DNA of 64,000 bases. Origin: a virus (lineage: Duplodnaviria > Caudoviricetes). A program made the position numbers and the translations under genes. This document shows, one piece after another, positions 55,554 through 64,000 of the stretch (the stretch's first letter is position 1; each line of letters starts with the position of its first letter). The DNA lies in IMG/VR virus record IMGVR_UViG_3300027606_000007, positions 1,709 to 65,708 of that record, one strand, 5' to 3'. The notes below the pieces were generated by a model. The model was not told the DNA's origin. It ran no database searches and worked only from the letters and a program-made list of their open reading frames with translations.

Positions 55554-56257
55554 TCCGGCCGACCATCGCGCCGGAGCTGGTCGGCGAGGACCGCTACGGC
55601 AAAACCGTTTCTCATCCCGCGTTCGGTGTCGCCGTCCTCGTCCGATCGCAGGGCGGGAAAGAGGTGATGTTCGGGTCCGAGCTGCGCCACTCCGAGCGGA
55701 TGACGCTGAAGATCCACAAGGCCAACCACACCCGGAGCGACCTCAGCTATGACCGCACGATCCCGCGCGAGCTGATCGTCGAGGTCAACTTCACGCTCTC
55801 GCAGTGGGCGCAGTTCGTCTCGTCTCAGGGCATCGGCGCCGGCACGCCTTGCACCCTCGACAGCTACCAGCTCGGCGAGATGGTGCGCGCCCCCTACATC
55901 GAAGCACCGCAGAACCACCTCCGCAAGTTCGGCGACGAGATGAAAGCCGCGATCACGAAGCGCACCGCCGGCGTCCTGCAGGCCGCCTCCGAGCTGGAGC
56001 AGGCCATCGAAGGCAACGGCGGCAAGAAGGCCCTCCGCGAGGCCCTGAAGAAGATCCGGCTCAATGCCGAATCCCTGCCGGGCTCCGTCGACTTCGTGAA
56101 TGGTCAGTTCGCGGAATCGATGGAGGAGATCACGCAAGCCGCGATGACCGAGATCGAGGGCTTCGTCGTCGGCATGGCCCAGCGGACCGGGATCGAGGCG
56201 CTGAAGCAAGGCGCCCCCGGCTTCCCCCTTCTCACCGGCGACAGGAAACCCGAATGA
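55550..56257 (+). CDS. Hypothetical protein
   Basis: ATGA-coupled; HPAFG...MFGSELRH...TPCTL. Confidence 0.65.
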   Translation: MIRPTIAPELVGEDRYGKTVSHPAFGVAVLVRSQGGKEVMFGSELRHSERMTLKIHKANHTRSDLSYDRTIPRELIVEVNFTLSQWAQFVSSQGIGAGTPCTLDSYQLGEMVRAPYIEAPQNHLRKFGDEMKAAITKRTAGVLQAASELEQAIEGNGGKKALREALKKIRLNAESLPGSVDFVNGQFAESMEEITQAAMTEIEGFVVGMAQRTGIEALKQGAPGFPLLTGDRKPE

Positions 56258-56739
56258 GCTATCACCTCAAGAACTGGAAGGCGCGCGACGCCTGCGTCTA
56301 CTTCAACGACGGCGGGATCTCTCTGCAGGCCTGCGGCGACGACTTCCAGCAGCAGCGCGAGCGCGCCGCGCTGATGGCGGCCGCGCCGCTGCTCCTGGAG
56401 GCCCTGCAGCCCTTCATCGTGAAGAACAGCTCGGAGCCGACGATCACCGTCACGCTCAACACCGTAGACATCGATCGAGCCCGGCGCGCAGTGAGGATCG
56501 CGACGACCGTGATCCCCGAGGTCTGGATGATGGTCATCGGCGCGCCTGGGGCACCTATCCACGCCGTTCCCGCCGCAGAGTTCGCGATGGGGAAGGCGAA
56601 GGCCCTCTGCGGCCGCGAGAGGGGTCGAAACGACGAGATCTTCGGCCACGAGTGGCGCTCCGTCGGCGTCTCGGAACCGTCCTGCAGCTCCTGCCGAAAC
56701 GCGCTGGCCCTGCCGCGCTCCTGGAGCCGCGAGCGATGA
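56254..56739 (+). CDS. Hypothetical protein
   Basis: ATGA-coupled; C-terminal H..LCG..CSSC. Confidence 0.55.
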   Translation: MSYHLKNWKARDACVYFNDGGISLQACGDDFQQQRERAALMAAAPLLLEALQPFIVKNSSEPTITVTLNTVDIDRARRAVRIATTVIPEVWMMVIGAPGAPIHAVPAAEFAMGKAKALCGRERGRNDEIFGHEWRSVGVSEPSCSSCRNALALPRSWSRER

Positions 56740-57020
56740 TCGAGATGGAGGTCCGCTGCTGCTGCAAGCCGAAGATCCTGCTCGGCTGGCTCGAAGTCAA
56801 CGACGAAGCGCAGCGCCTCGGCGTGGTGATCGTGCGCCCGATGAAGACCTACTCGATCTGGGAGCCGATCACCCCCGTGATGGCGCGGGAGCCCGACGTC
56901 GCCCTGGACGTGCGCCTTTTCTACGCGGAGGACGGATCGACCTACCCGGCGATCCACTCCGGCGAGATCCCGATCGAGACCCTCCGCCGGATCCCCGGCT
57001 TTCGTGAAAACCGGCCCTGA
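56736..57020 (+). CDS. Hypothetical protein
   Basis: ATGA-coupled. Confidence 0.55.
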   Translation: MIEMEVRCCCKPKILLGWLEVNDEAQRLGVVIVRPMKTYSIWEPITPVMAREPDVALDVRLFYAEDGSTYPAIHSGEIPIETLRRIPGFRENRP

Positions 57021-57030
57021 AAGGACCGCC

Positions 57031-57573
57031 ATGAAGACGAGACTCTTCCTCATCGCCGCCATCCTCGCGATCGCCGCCTGCGGCAAGACCGAGGAGCCTG
57101 TCGCGCCATCGGCTTCGTGGGCGGAGCCCGCCGCCTCGCAGGCCGGCCAGCAGCACCAGCAGCAGGCACCGCGCGCCGAAAACGACAGCTCGAACGCGCT
57201 GCTCTATGGCGCGATCGGCTACATGCTGGGCAACAGCAACAGCACGCGGCCGAGCCCCCAGGTCATCGAGCGCCACGTCGAGACCCGGACCTACGTCCCG
57301 GCCCCCGCTGCAGCGCCAGCGCCCCGCGCAGGCCTCACCGCGACCCCGTCGACGACGCCCCGCACGATCCCGACGCCGGCCCCGGCGCCGAAGCCGAGCT
57401 TCGCGCAGACCACGCCCTACCAGATGAAGCAGTCGACGCCGACGACCACGGCCCCGCCGAAGCCGTCGCCGACGCAGAGCTACAGCTCGCCGAGCCGCAG
57501 CTACAGCTCGCCGGCGCCGACATACCGGCCGTTACCGAGCTACCGCCCCAGCTATTCGGGAGGCCGCCGGTGA
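57031..57573 (+). CDS. Lipoprotein with Pro/Ser/Thr-rich tail
   Basis: Lipobox IAA-C; SYSSPSRSYSSP repeats. Confidence 0.75.
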   Translation: MKTRLFLIAAILAIAACGKTEEPVAPSASWAEPAASQAGQQHQQQAPRAENDSSNALLYGAIGYMLGNSNSTRPSPQVIERHVETRTYVPAPAAAPAPRAGLTATPSTTPRTIPTPAPAPKPSFAQTTPYQMKQSTPTTTAPPKPSPTQSYSSPSRSYSSPAPTYRPLPSYRPSYSGGRR

Positions 57574-58061
57574 TCCGCGACGCCGTCATCGATCCGACCG
57601 GGATCTACCGCTACTCGCTGACCCGCACCTGGAGCGGCGTCAAGTCGGCCTGCGTCTTCGTGATGCTCAACCCCAGCAAGGCCGACGCCACGATCGACGA
57701 TCCCACGATCCGGCGCTGCTGCAGCTTCGCCGAGGCGCACGGCTACGGCGGGATCGAGGTCGTCAACCTCTACGCCTACCGAGCCACGAGCCCGAAGGAG
57801 CTGCGCGCCGAGGGCTGGCCCATCGGACCGGAAAACGACGACTTCCTCCTCGACGCCTTCCGGCGCGCGATGCTGCGCGGCTCCTCGATCGTCTGCGCAT
57901 GGGGCGCCGAGGCCGCGCGCACCCCTCGCGCTGGTCAGGTCCTGCACATGATTCGCGGCGTCGGCCCGCAACCGTATTGCCTCGGCACGACCGCCGAAGG
58001 CTATCCCCGTCACCCCCTCTACGTGCGCGGCGACGCCAAGTTCCGCCCGTTTGCATCATGA
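57570..58061 (+). CDS. DUF1643 family protein
   Basis: YRYSLTRTW, FVMLNPSKAD..DDPTIRRC, VVNLYAYRATSP, VCAWG, PRHPLY. Confidence 0.9.
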   Translation: MIRDAVIDPTGIYRYSLTRTWSGVKSACVFVMLNPSKADATIDDPTIRRCCSFAEAHGYGGIEVVNLYAYRATSPKELRAEGWPIGPENDDFLLDAFRRAMLRGSSIVCAWGAEAARTPRAGQVLHMIRGVGPQPYCLGTTAEGYPRHPLYVRGDAKFRPFAS

Positions 58062-58735
58062 CGACCACAACGGTGACATTGACCCCGCGTCAGCGCTCGA
58101 TCGTCTCGTTCGCGCTGTTCAATTTCATCAACTCTGCGCACGAGCGAGCAAACGCTGCGGCGCAGGACAAGGAAGGCCGGTTCTCGAAACCCGGCGATGC
58201 TGAGTCCTTCCTGCGTGACGCGAAGGACGCTGAGGAAATCCGCGCCCTCCTCTCCGAAGCATCCCCCACAGGGCAGGCGGTGGCGGACGTTCTGTCTGAA
58301 CTGCGCGCGGCCGGGCTTTCTGTGGCCGTGCACAACGACTACCGCATCAACGGAGAGGCGCACACGTTCTGGCTGTTCACGCGCGCCGATGGCATGAGCT
58401 TCAAGGGTGAAGGAAAAACCGACGCTGATGCGCTCGCCCAGGTGCGCGCATCGCTCGCCACCCCCACACCCCAGGCGCAGCAACAGGCCGAGGCCGTGCG
58501 TGACGCCGAGCGCGTCCTCGCGCTGCTGGATACCGGGGACTGGCTACTCACCAAGCACAAGCCGTGGGATGCCCTCACCGACGAGGCGAACGTCGCCCAG
58601 GCGTGGTCGGTGAAGCGCCTCTTAGCCCCGTTCTGCGACCGCGATCGCCGCAACACCTGGACAGGACCGACCGCGATCGCCGCCTTCGATGCCGCGATCT
58701 CTGCTCTTGGGCTTCCTCCGGAGATGACCCGATGA
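58058..58735 (+). CDS. Hypothetical protein
   Basis: ATGA-coupled. Confidence 0.55.
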   Translation: MTTTTVTLTPRQRSIVSFALFNFINSAHERANAAAQDKEGRFSKPGDAESFLRDAKDAEEIRALLSEASPTGQAVADVLSELRAAGLSVAVHNDYRINGEAHTFWLFTRADGMSFKGEGKTDADALAQVRASLATPTPQAQQQAEAVRDAERVLALLDTGDWLLTKHKPWDALTDEANVAQAWSVKRLLAPFCDRDRRNTWTGPTAIAAFDAAISALGLPPEMTR

Positions 58736-59136
58736 AACGCCTCTTCGTCTCACTGCTAGCCGCCGCGCATGCAGTCGGCTCCGTAGCCGCCCCGGTCACC
58801 GCGCGCACGCCGCCGCCGATCGTTACCGTGATGCCAGCCATCGTGGCGGCGAACACGGCCAACGCCGCAGCACGCGCAGACGCGCCGCACCGGACGCCGC
58901 CGATGGCGGTCTGCATCTGGCAGGTCCCGCAGAAATCGCACTGGGTCAACCTCTACAGCGTCACCGAGGTCATCGTCTCGAACCGCATGAACGGCGGCTT
59001 CACGACGAATGTCCGGCTCGGTTCCTTCCGGCACGCCGAGATCATCGAGATCGACATCCCGAGAGGAACCGACGTCAAGGTCCACCTCATCGAGATCGAG
59101 AAGCGGCTCGACGAGTGCCGCGCGCCGAAGAGCTGA
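58732..59136 (+). CDS. Putative exported protein
   Basis: MKRLFVSLLAAAHA signal-like N-terminus. Confidence 0.55.
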   Translation: MKRLFVSLLAAAHAVGSVAAPVTARTPPPIVTVMPAIVAANTANAAARADAPHRTPPMAVCIWQVPQKSHWVNLYSVTEVIVSNRMNGGFTTNVRLGSFRHAEIIEIDIPRGTDVKVHLIEIEKRLDECRAPKS

Positions 59137-59162
59137 CCATCACCAACGAAAGGAATCACCCC

Positions 59163-59450
59163 ATGGCATCCGCATTTTTCCCCGCCGGCGCGAAGTTCGT
59201 CGTCTACCGCGAAAACGAAGACTGTGAAGGCGCCGACAGCCCCGGCGATTGGCGCTGGCGCATCGTGGCGAAGAACGGCCAGATCATCGCCCAGGCCTCC
59301 GAGGGCTACCAGAACCCGCAGGACATGGCGAAGGCCGTCTGGCGCTACGTCGCCGTCCACTACTCGCAGGCCCACGCCTTCGCCGAGGCGCTGCAGCGGG
59401 CCGGCCTGACCATGCAGGGCAAGATTCGCAAAGTCCGGACGGTGCGCTGA
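59163..59450 (+). CDS. DUF1508 (YegP-like) protein
   Basis: WRWRIVAKNGQIIAQASEGY. Confidence 0.8.
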   Translation: MASAFFPAGAKFVVYRENEDCEGADSPGDWRWRIVAKNGQIIAQASEGYQNPQDMAKAVWRYVAVHYSQAHAFAEALQRAGLTMQGKIRKVRTVR

Positions 59451-59451
59451 C

Positions 59452-59976
59452 ATGGGCCGCGAAGTTCGCATGGTCCCCCCGGATTGGCAGCACCCGAAGA
59501 ACCCGCTCACCGGCGACTTCGCTCCGCTCCTGCCCGATCGCTTCGCCTCGGCGCTCGAAGAGTGGGAGAACGGCGCCGAGCAATGGGCGAAGGGCTTCCG
59601 CAAGGACTGGAGCAGGGACGACAAGTTCATCCCGATCGAGGCCGAACATCGGCACTTGACCTATGAGGAATGGGACGGCGAAAAGCCTCTGGCCGAGCAT
59701 TACATGCCGGCCTGGACGCCGGAGGTCGCGACTCACCTCATGATGTACGAGGACACCTCCGAAGGGACGCCGATCAGCCCGGCTTTCGAGACTCCCGAAG
59801 AGCTGGCGCGCTGGCTCGTCGACAACGAAGCTACCGCGAACGGAGACCGCGGCGCCAGCTACGAGGGATGGCTCCGTGTCGCCCGCGGCGGCTATGCCCC
59901 GAGCATGGTCAGTGATGGCCGCACCTGGACGACAGGGGTCGATTCGGCCGACGTCATCCCCGTCAAGGACGCCTGA
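59452..59976 (+). CDS. Hypothetical protein
   Basis: MGREVRMVPPDWQHP...YEDTSEGTPISP. Confidence 0.7.
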   Translation: MGREVRMVPPDWQHPKNPLTGDFAPLLPDRFASALEEWENGAEQWAKGFRKDWSRDDKFIPIEAEHRHLTYEEWDGEKPLAEHYMPAWTPEVATHLMMYEDTSEGTPISPAFETPEELARWLVDNEATANGDRGASYEGWLRVARGGYAPSMVSDGRTWTTGVDSADVIPVKDA

Positions 59977-60046
59977 CCATGCGCCTCGTCTTCGCCCTCA
60001 GCACCTGGGCCGCGTTCTGCGCCCTCGTCATCATCCAGGCCACCTC

Positions 60047-60289
60047 ATGACCATCGAACTGACGTCCGTCGCCCTGCTGCTGGTCCTAGTGGTCGCCCTG
60101 GGCCTCTACCGGATCGCCACGCTGTCGGCACGCCTCCGCAGGGCCGAGCGCGCCCTGCTGTCGCTGTCCCGCGCGATGGAGACCTCGGTCCGCCTGCTCG
60201 AAGGTGCCAGCGGCGTCCACAGCAGGAAGATCGACCACATCGTCGCCTCCCTCGTCGCGGCCGGCATCAAGCCGGTCCGCATGGAGTGA
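60047..60289 (+). CDS. Single-TM protein
   Basis: N-terminal TM. Confidence 0.5.
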   Translation: MTIELTSVALLLVLVVALGLYRIATLSARLRRAERALLSLSRAMETSVRLLEGASGVHSRKIDHIVASLVAAGIKPVRME

Positions 60290-60537
60290 CCATGGACGCC
60301 GAGACCGAGGCCCTCGTCGACGAGCTGCGGCCGCACTACCGCGAGATCCGCGTCCTCGCCGACGGCAGCATCGCGGCGACGGTGGACCTGCTGTTCACCC
60401 GCGCGATCTGCCTCAGCCTGGACCGGCACGGCTACGGCGGCCGATTCTGCTTCGATGACCGCGCGCTGGCCGATCGTCGATTCCACGAACTCACCTCCGA
60501 GGACGACGTCCCCGAAGGCCACATCGCGAGGCGCTGA
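60286..60537 (+). CDS. Hypothetical protein
   Basis: GTGA overlap. Confidence 0.55.
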   Translation: MTMDAETEALVDELRPHYREIRVLADGSIAATVDLLFTRAICLSLDRHGYGGRFCFDDRALADRRFHELTSEDDVPEGHIARR

Positions 60538-60968
60538 TGCTGACCGCCAATCTCTCCGCCTTCATGGCCGATTTCCACGCCAGCAACCCGGACGGCTTCG
60601 CCTTCGCCGCCATCCTCGCGGCCGTCCTCGTCGTCTGCCTGCTGGTGTTCGTCGCCCGCGCGCTGCAGTGGCTCGGCCCGCCGGCGCTGGCTCCATCCCA
60701 CAGCAAGCCACCGCGCGAGATCCCGCCGGATCCGAAGCAGACGCCACCGATGCCGCCGCTCCCGACGCACCCCAGCAGGAACGCCCTCGGCGATCGCTGG
60801 GACACCGTCTACAAGCTGATCCTCCGGGACGAGCTTCATCGCCCCTACGAGTGCAGGATCGGCGAGGCCCGCCATGGGCTCATCCAGATCGCGATCGGCG
60901 ACAGGCGCCTCGCCTGGATGTCGTCGACGCATGTCGTCCTGCTCGCCCCCAAGGACATCCAGCCATGA
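60537..60968 (+). CDS. Single-TM protein
   Basis: TM plus Pro-rich linker. Confidence 0.55.
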   Translation: MLTANLSAFMADFHASNPDGFAFAAILAAVLVVCLLVFVARALQWLGPPALAPSHSKPPREIPPDPKQTPPMPPLPTHPSRNALGDRWDTVYKLILRDELHRPYECRIGEARHGLIQIAIGDRRLAWMSSTHVVLLAPKDIQP

Positions 60969-61444
60969 CCACGCACCAGCAAGGCGCCCTGATCGGATTC
61001 CTGCTCTTCATTGCCCTGATCGGCCTCGGCCTCTTCCTCCTCGCGAAATCGAAGCGCTGGAACCAGCAGCAGGGCGCGGAGCGTGACGAGCTGCTCCAGC
61101 AGCACGCCGGCGACGTCACCGCGGCCGCTAAGGCGAGGCCGCTGTCCTACCGGCAGGAGCGGAAGCAGCGCGAGGACTACGCGGCCCAGGCGATCCGCGA
61201 CCTGAAGGCGTGGCGCCCCGCAGGGTCAGAGCTGATCTACCTCGGCGTCAGGATGACCGTCATCGGGCATTCCTTCCTCGTCCCCTGGGATATGTACTCA
61301 ATGCGCCCGATGCCGCTCATAACCGCGCGCTACGTCGACCGCTGCGGCACCGTCCGGACGATCGAGATCAAATGGCTCGAAGCGCGCCGCCTCATGGAGG
61401 CCGAGGCCGCGATCGAGCGCGCCGCCGCGGAGCTGCGGACATGA
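60965..61444 (+). CDS. Single-TM protein
   Basis: ALIGFLLFIALIGLGLFLL. Confidence 0.55.
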   Translation: MTTHQQGALIGFLLFIALIGLGLFLLAKSKRWNQQQGAERDELLQQHAGDVTAAAKARPLSYRQERKQREDYAAQAIRDLKAWRPAGSELIYLGVRMTVIGHSFLVPWDMYSMRPMPLITARYVDRCGTVRTIEIKWLEARRLMEAEAAIERAAAELRT

Positions 61445-61710
61445 ACATCGGTGAGCGGATCACCGTCATCGTCGAGGGCCATCAGCTCTATCACCGGATC
61501 ACCGGCGAGATCCTCGCCTGGACGATGACGGTCGAGCCCTTCGGCACCGATCACCGCGGCCACACCGTCTACCTCCAGGTCCCCGCCGTCATCCTGCGGA
61601 TGCCCGAATCGAGCCGCGAGCTGATCCGCGTCGTTCCCCTTGCCGGCCACCTGAAGCACATGCGCGTCGAGCGCCCCAACCCCGAGCGGGACGATCCCGC
61701 CGCACCCTGA
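61441..61710 (+). CDS. Hypothetical protein
   Basis: ATGA-coupled. Confidence 0.5.
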   Translation: MNIGERITVIVEGHQLYHRITGEILAWTMTVEPFGTDHRGHTVYLQVPAVILRMPESSRELIRVVPLAGHLKHMRVERPNPERDDPAAP

Positions 61711-61720
61711 AAGGCCCCCC

Positions 61721-62758
61721 GTGGATCCCAGAACCGCAACCCTCGCCGGCTCGTTCCTGCTGCTCGGCCTCCTATTCCTGATCGCCGGCGTCGCCATGGC
61801 CTGGATCATGGCCGGCCGGGTCCGAGGCCCCAAGGGCGAAGCCGGTCCGCCTGGACCACCTGGACCGAGCGGACCAGTTCCAGGCGTCGATGCTGTCCGC
61901 GTCGTCGTGCAGAACGTGCTGTCCGACCTCGCCCCGGTTCGATCGATGTCCATGAACGGCCCCCGGCACTTCTCCATGCCGCTGTCCGAAGAAGGCCGCC
62001 GCGCGATGGAGCGCGAGCAGGCCGCCCAGAGCCTGAGGATCGAGACCCCGTCCTGCGCCGAGATCCTGATGTCGCGGTCGCTGCTGCGCGCGATCCGGCA
62101 CCGCCTCAAGGGCATCGGCGAGAACCAGCCCGGCCAGACCTATGACGAGGTCCTCGTCGAGCTGGCCTCCATGGTGGCCGACATCACCGGGTTCCTGGAC
62201 GCCGACCTCCGGATCCAGCTCCCGCCGCTCTGGGTCGCCGGCGTCGATGCCGACACGAACGAGGTGATCGGGATCTTCAGCGACCCCGAGAAGGCCCGGC
62301 AGAACTGCGAGCCATTCCAGGGTGGCTTCTACGGTCCGCTCTTCCTGGACGAGGCACGCGAGACCGAGTCCCACTGGCCCGGCCGGATCAACGTCACGCC
62401 GCTGCAGCAGCGCCCGCCCGAAGTCGACCTGCCGATCCACGCCGACTACATCCAGCGATGCTCCGAAGCGATGGAGGAGGCGAGGAAGAGAAGCCAGCGG
62501 AAAAGCGCCCATCTCCGCTACAGCACGGCCCTCCGCGTCGCCCTTCTGGACCGCGGCCTGACGCTGCACACCGGACCCATGGAGATGTTCGCCGGCTCCG
62601 TCTACCCGCACGGCGGCCCGATGCAGGCGCCCCCGGCCTGCCCGATGGGATCCTGGCCCGATCACCCCGACGACTGGTCCCTGGACACCTACATCGTCTG
62701 GATCGGCGACACCGGCATCGCGCCGAAGGCCGGCGAGGAAAACCCGACAAAACTGTGA
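61721..62758 (+). CDS. Membrane-anchored protein with short collagen-like segment
   Basis: TM then GPKGEAGPPGPPGPSGP. Confidence 0.6.
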   Translation: MDPRTATLAGSFLLLGLLFLIAGVAMAWIMAGRVRGPKGEAGPPGPPGPSGPVPGVDAVRVVVQNVLSDLAPVRSMSMNGPRHFSMPLSEEGRRAMEREQAAQSLRIETPSCAEILMSRSLLRAIRHRLKGIGENQPGQTYDEVLVELASMVADITGFLDADLRIQLPPLWVAGVDADTNEVIGIFSDPEKARQNCEPFQGGFYGPLFLDEARETESHWPGRINVTPLQQRPPEVDLPIHADYIQRCSEAMEEARKRSQRKSAHLRYSTALRVALLDRGLTLHTGPMEMFAGSVYPHGGPMQAPPACPMGSWPDHPDDWSLDTYIVWIGDTGIAPKAGEENPTKL

Positions 62759-62929
62759 GGGTTGTCCTACACAAGCCCTAGTGACTGGACAGATCTGTCT
62801 GCACTACCCCTAGGGTCTCCCCAGACCCCGGTCTCGACAGAAGCCAGCCGCCGAGACTGCCTCATTTTGTGGCGCCTGCTATTTTGGGTGGGACGGCTGG
62901 CCGAACCGAACCCCCGCATAGGAGAACGT

Positions 62930-63550
62930 ATGCACGCTGACAGCGAAACGAATAGCCCCGGATCTGAAACGACGAACGAGCTTCCCGAGACGAATCGCCC
63001 GGATTCCGAGACGGTCGCCGAGATCGAGGGAAGCCGCCTCTCGAAGCTGGCCCTCCAGCCCGGCGAGATCGTCGTCTACACCGCCCCGGAGGCGATGGAC
63101 TCCCGAATCGCCCAGTCCGTGGGAAAGGCGCTCCATTCGGCCTTTCCGACGCACCGCTGCATCATCCTGCAGCCCGGCGAGAAGATCGAGATCGTCTCCG
63201 ACGCAGTTCTGCGGCAGCTTCTCGCGGCGTCCCCCCTCAAGACCGCAGCTTCCAGCGAAGAGGAAACGACCGCGGGCACGCGAGCGGGCAGCACCGACAA
63301 CCCGGGTTCTGACCTCGGCGCCACGCATGCAGACCCTCTCGTCGAAGCCGTCCAGGCCCTGGCCCGCATGCTCGGTGCCCACATGGGCGAAGTCATCAGC
63401 ACCGTCAAGCTCACCGACCAGAAGATCGACCACCTCACCGACCTCATCGAGCAGGCCGCCCTCGCCGACGAGGAGGAGGAAGCCGCACCCCGCACCCTGG
63501 ACGGTGACCTCAGCGGCGCACCGCGCGAGTCCGGCCAGTCCCTGGGCTGA
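62930..63550 (+). CDS. Acidic hypothetical protein
   Basis: AGGAG RBS before ATG 62930. Confidence 0.6.
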   Translation: MHADSETNSPGSETTNELPETNRPDSETVAEIEGSRLSKLALQPGEIVVYTAPEAMDSRIAQSVGKALHSAFPTHRCIILQPGEKIEIVSDAVLRQLLAASPLKTAASSEEETTAGTRAGSTDNPGSDLGATHADPLVEAVQALARMLGAHMGEVISTVKLTDQKIDHLTDLIEQAALADEEEEAAPRTLDGDLSGAPRESGQSLG

Positions 63551-63559
63551 TCGATCACC

Positions 63560-63970
63560 ATGGGCACGAAGCCGAAGATCGCCACGCTGAAGCCGCTCGT
63601 CGCCATGGTCAAGCACCAGGGCCCACGGGTAGCCGGTGGCAGCTTCGGAGATGCGTCCCGTCTCAGTGCGTCCCAGCGTGGCTACGGCTACGAGTGGCGC
63701 AAGACCCGGGAACGCATCCTCAAGCGCGACGGCTACATCTGCCGATGCCAGCGCTGCGCCGAGGACAAGGTCATCCGCCCCGCTCACGCCGTAGACCACA
63801 GGATCCCCAAGTTCGAGGGAGGCAGCAGCGAGGACGACAACCTCCAGGCCATCAACGACGAATGCCACGCCATCAAGAGCGAGGCCGAGGCGAAACGCGC
63901 GAGAGGACTCGGAATCATCCTGCCTGACTGGACGCGCACCACTTCGGGGAATCGAGACAGGGGGGGGTGA
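63560..63970 (+). CDS. HNH endonuclease, terminase-associated
   Basis: RGYGYEWRKTRERILKRDGYICRC..C...VDHRIP...NLQAINDECHAIKS. Confidence 0.9.
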   Translation: MGTKPKIATLKPLVAMVKHQGPRVAGGSFGDASRLSASQRGYGYEWRKTRERILKRDGYICRCQRCAEDKVIRPAHAVDHRIPKFEGGSSEDDNLQAINDECHAIKSEAEAKRARGLGIILPDWTRTTSGNRDRGG

Positions 63971-64000
63971 ACCCTATGTTTTGGGGGCTTCACTGGAGAC

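Noticed and set aside
63560-63970. HNH gene as a mobile homing endonuclease
   Set aside because: Short single-domain HNH at the usual pre-terminase position, consistent with an HK97 gp74-like packaging cofactor

Overview
The window is a near-complete genome of a high-GC tailed dsDNA phage with a siphovirus-type non-contractile tail and an HK97-fold head. The host is probably a proteobacterium (inference from gene families, spanins and GC content). It starts inside terminase large subunit and ends just after the terminase-associated HNH gene, so only terS and the 5' part of terL appear to be missing. Layout: 1-29224 (+) packaging, head, neck, tail and lysis; 29221-39208 (-) recombination and accessory genes; 39340-63970 (+) replication-like and many small accessory genes. 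I found no integrase, CI-type repressor, DNA polymerase, tRNA or CRISPR array. Four observations stand out. (1) A six-gene island of three glycosyltransferase-like and three SAM-methyltransferase genes (10651-14573) sits between the head-closure and tail genes. (2) A D-S-D-G peptide recurs five times in four virion proteins, three times in the two neck genes directly upstream of the island, and is a candidate modification sequon. (3) A 65-bp promoter-like cassette with fixed spacing occurs six times, and a seventh variant lies inside the glycosylation island. (4) A collagen/beta-domain head-fibre cassette follows the portal gene. Together these suggest a phage-encoded virion glycosylation and methylation system; this is a hypothesis, not a demonstration. 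All annotations come from motif recognition by eye; no database searches were run.
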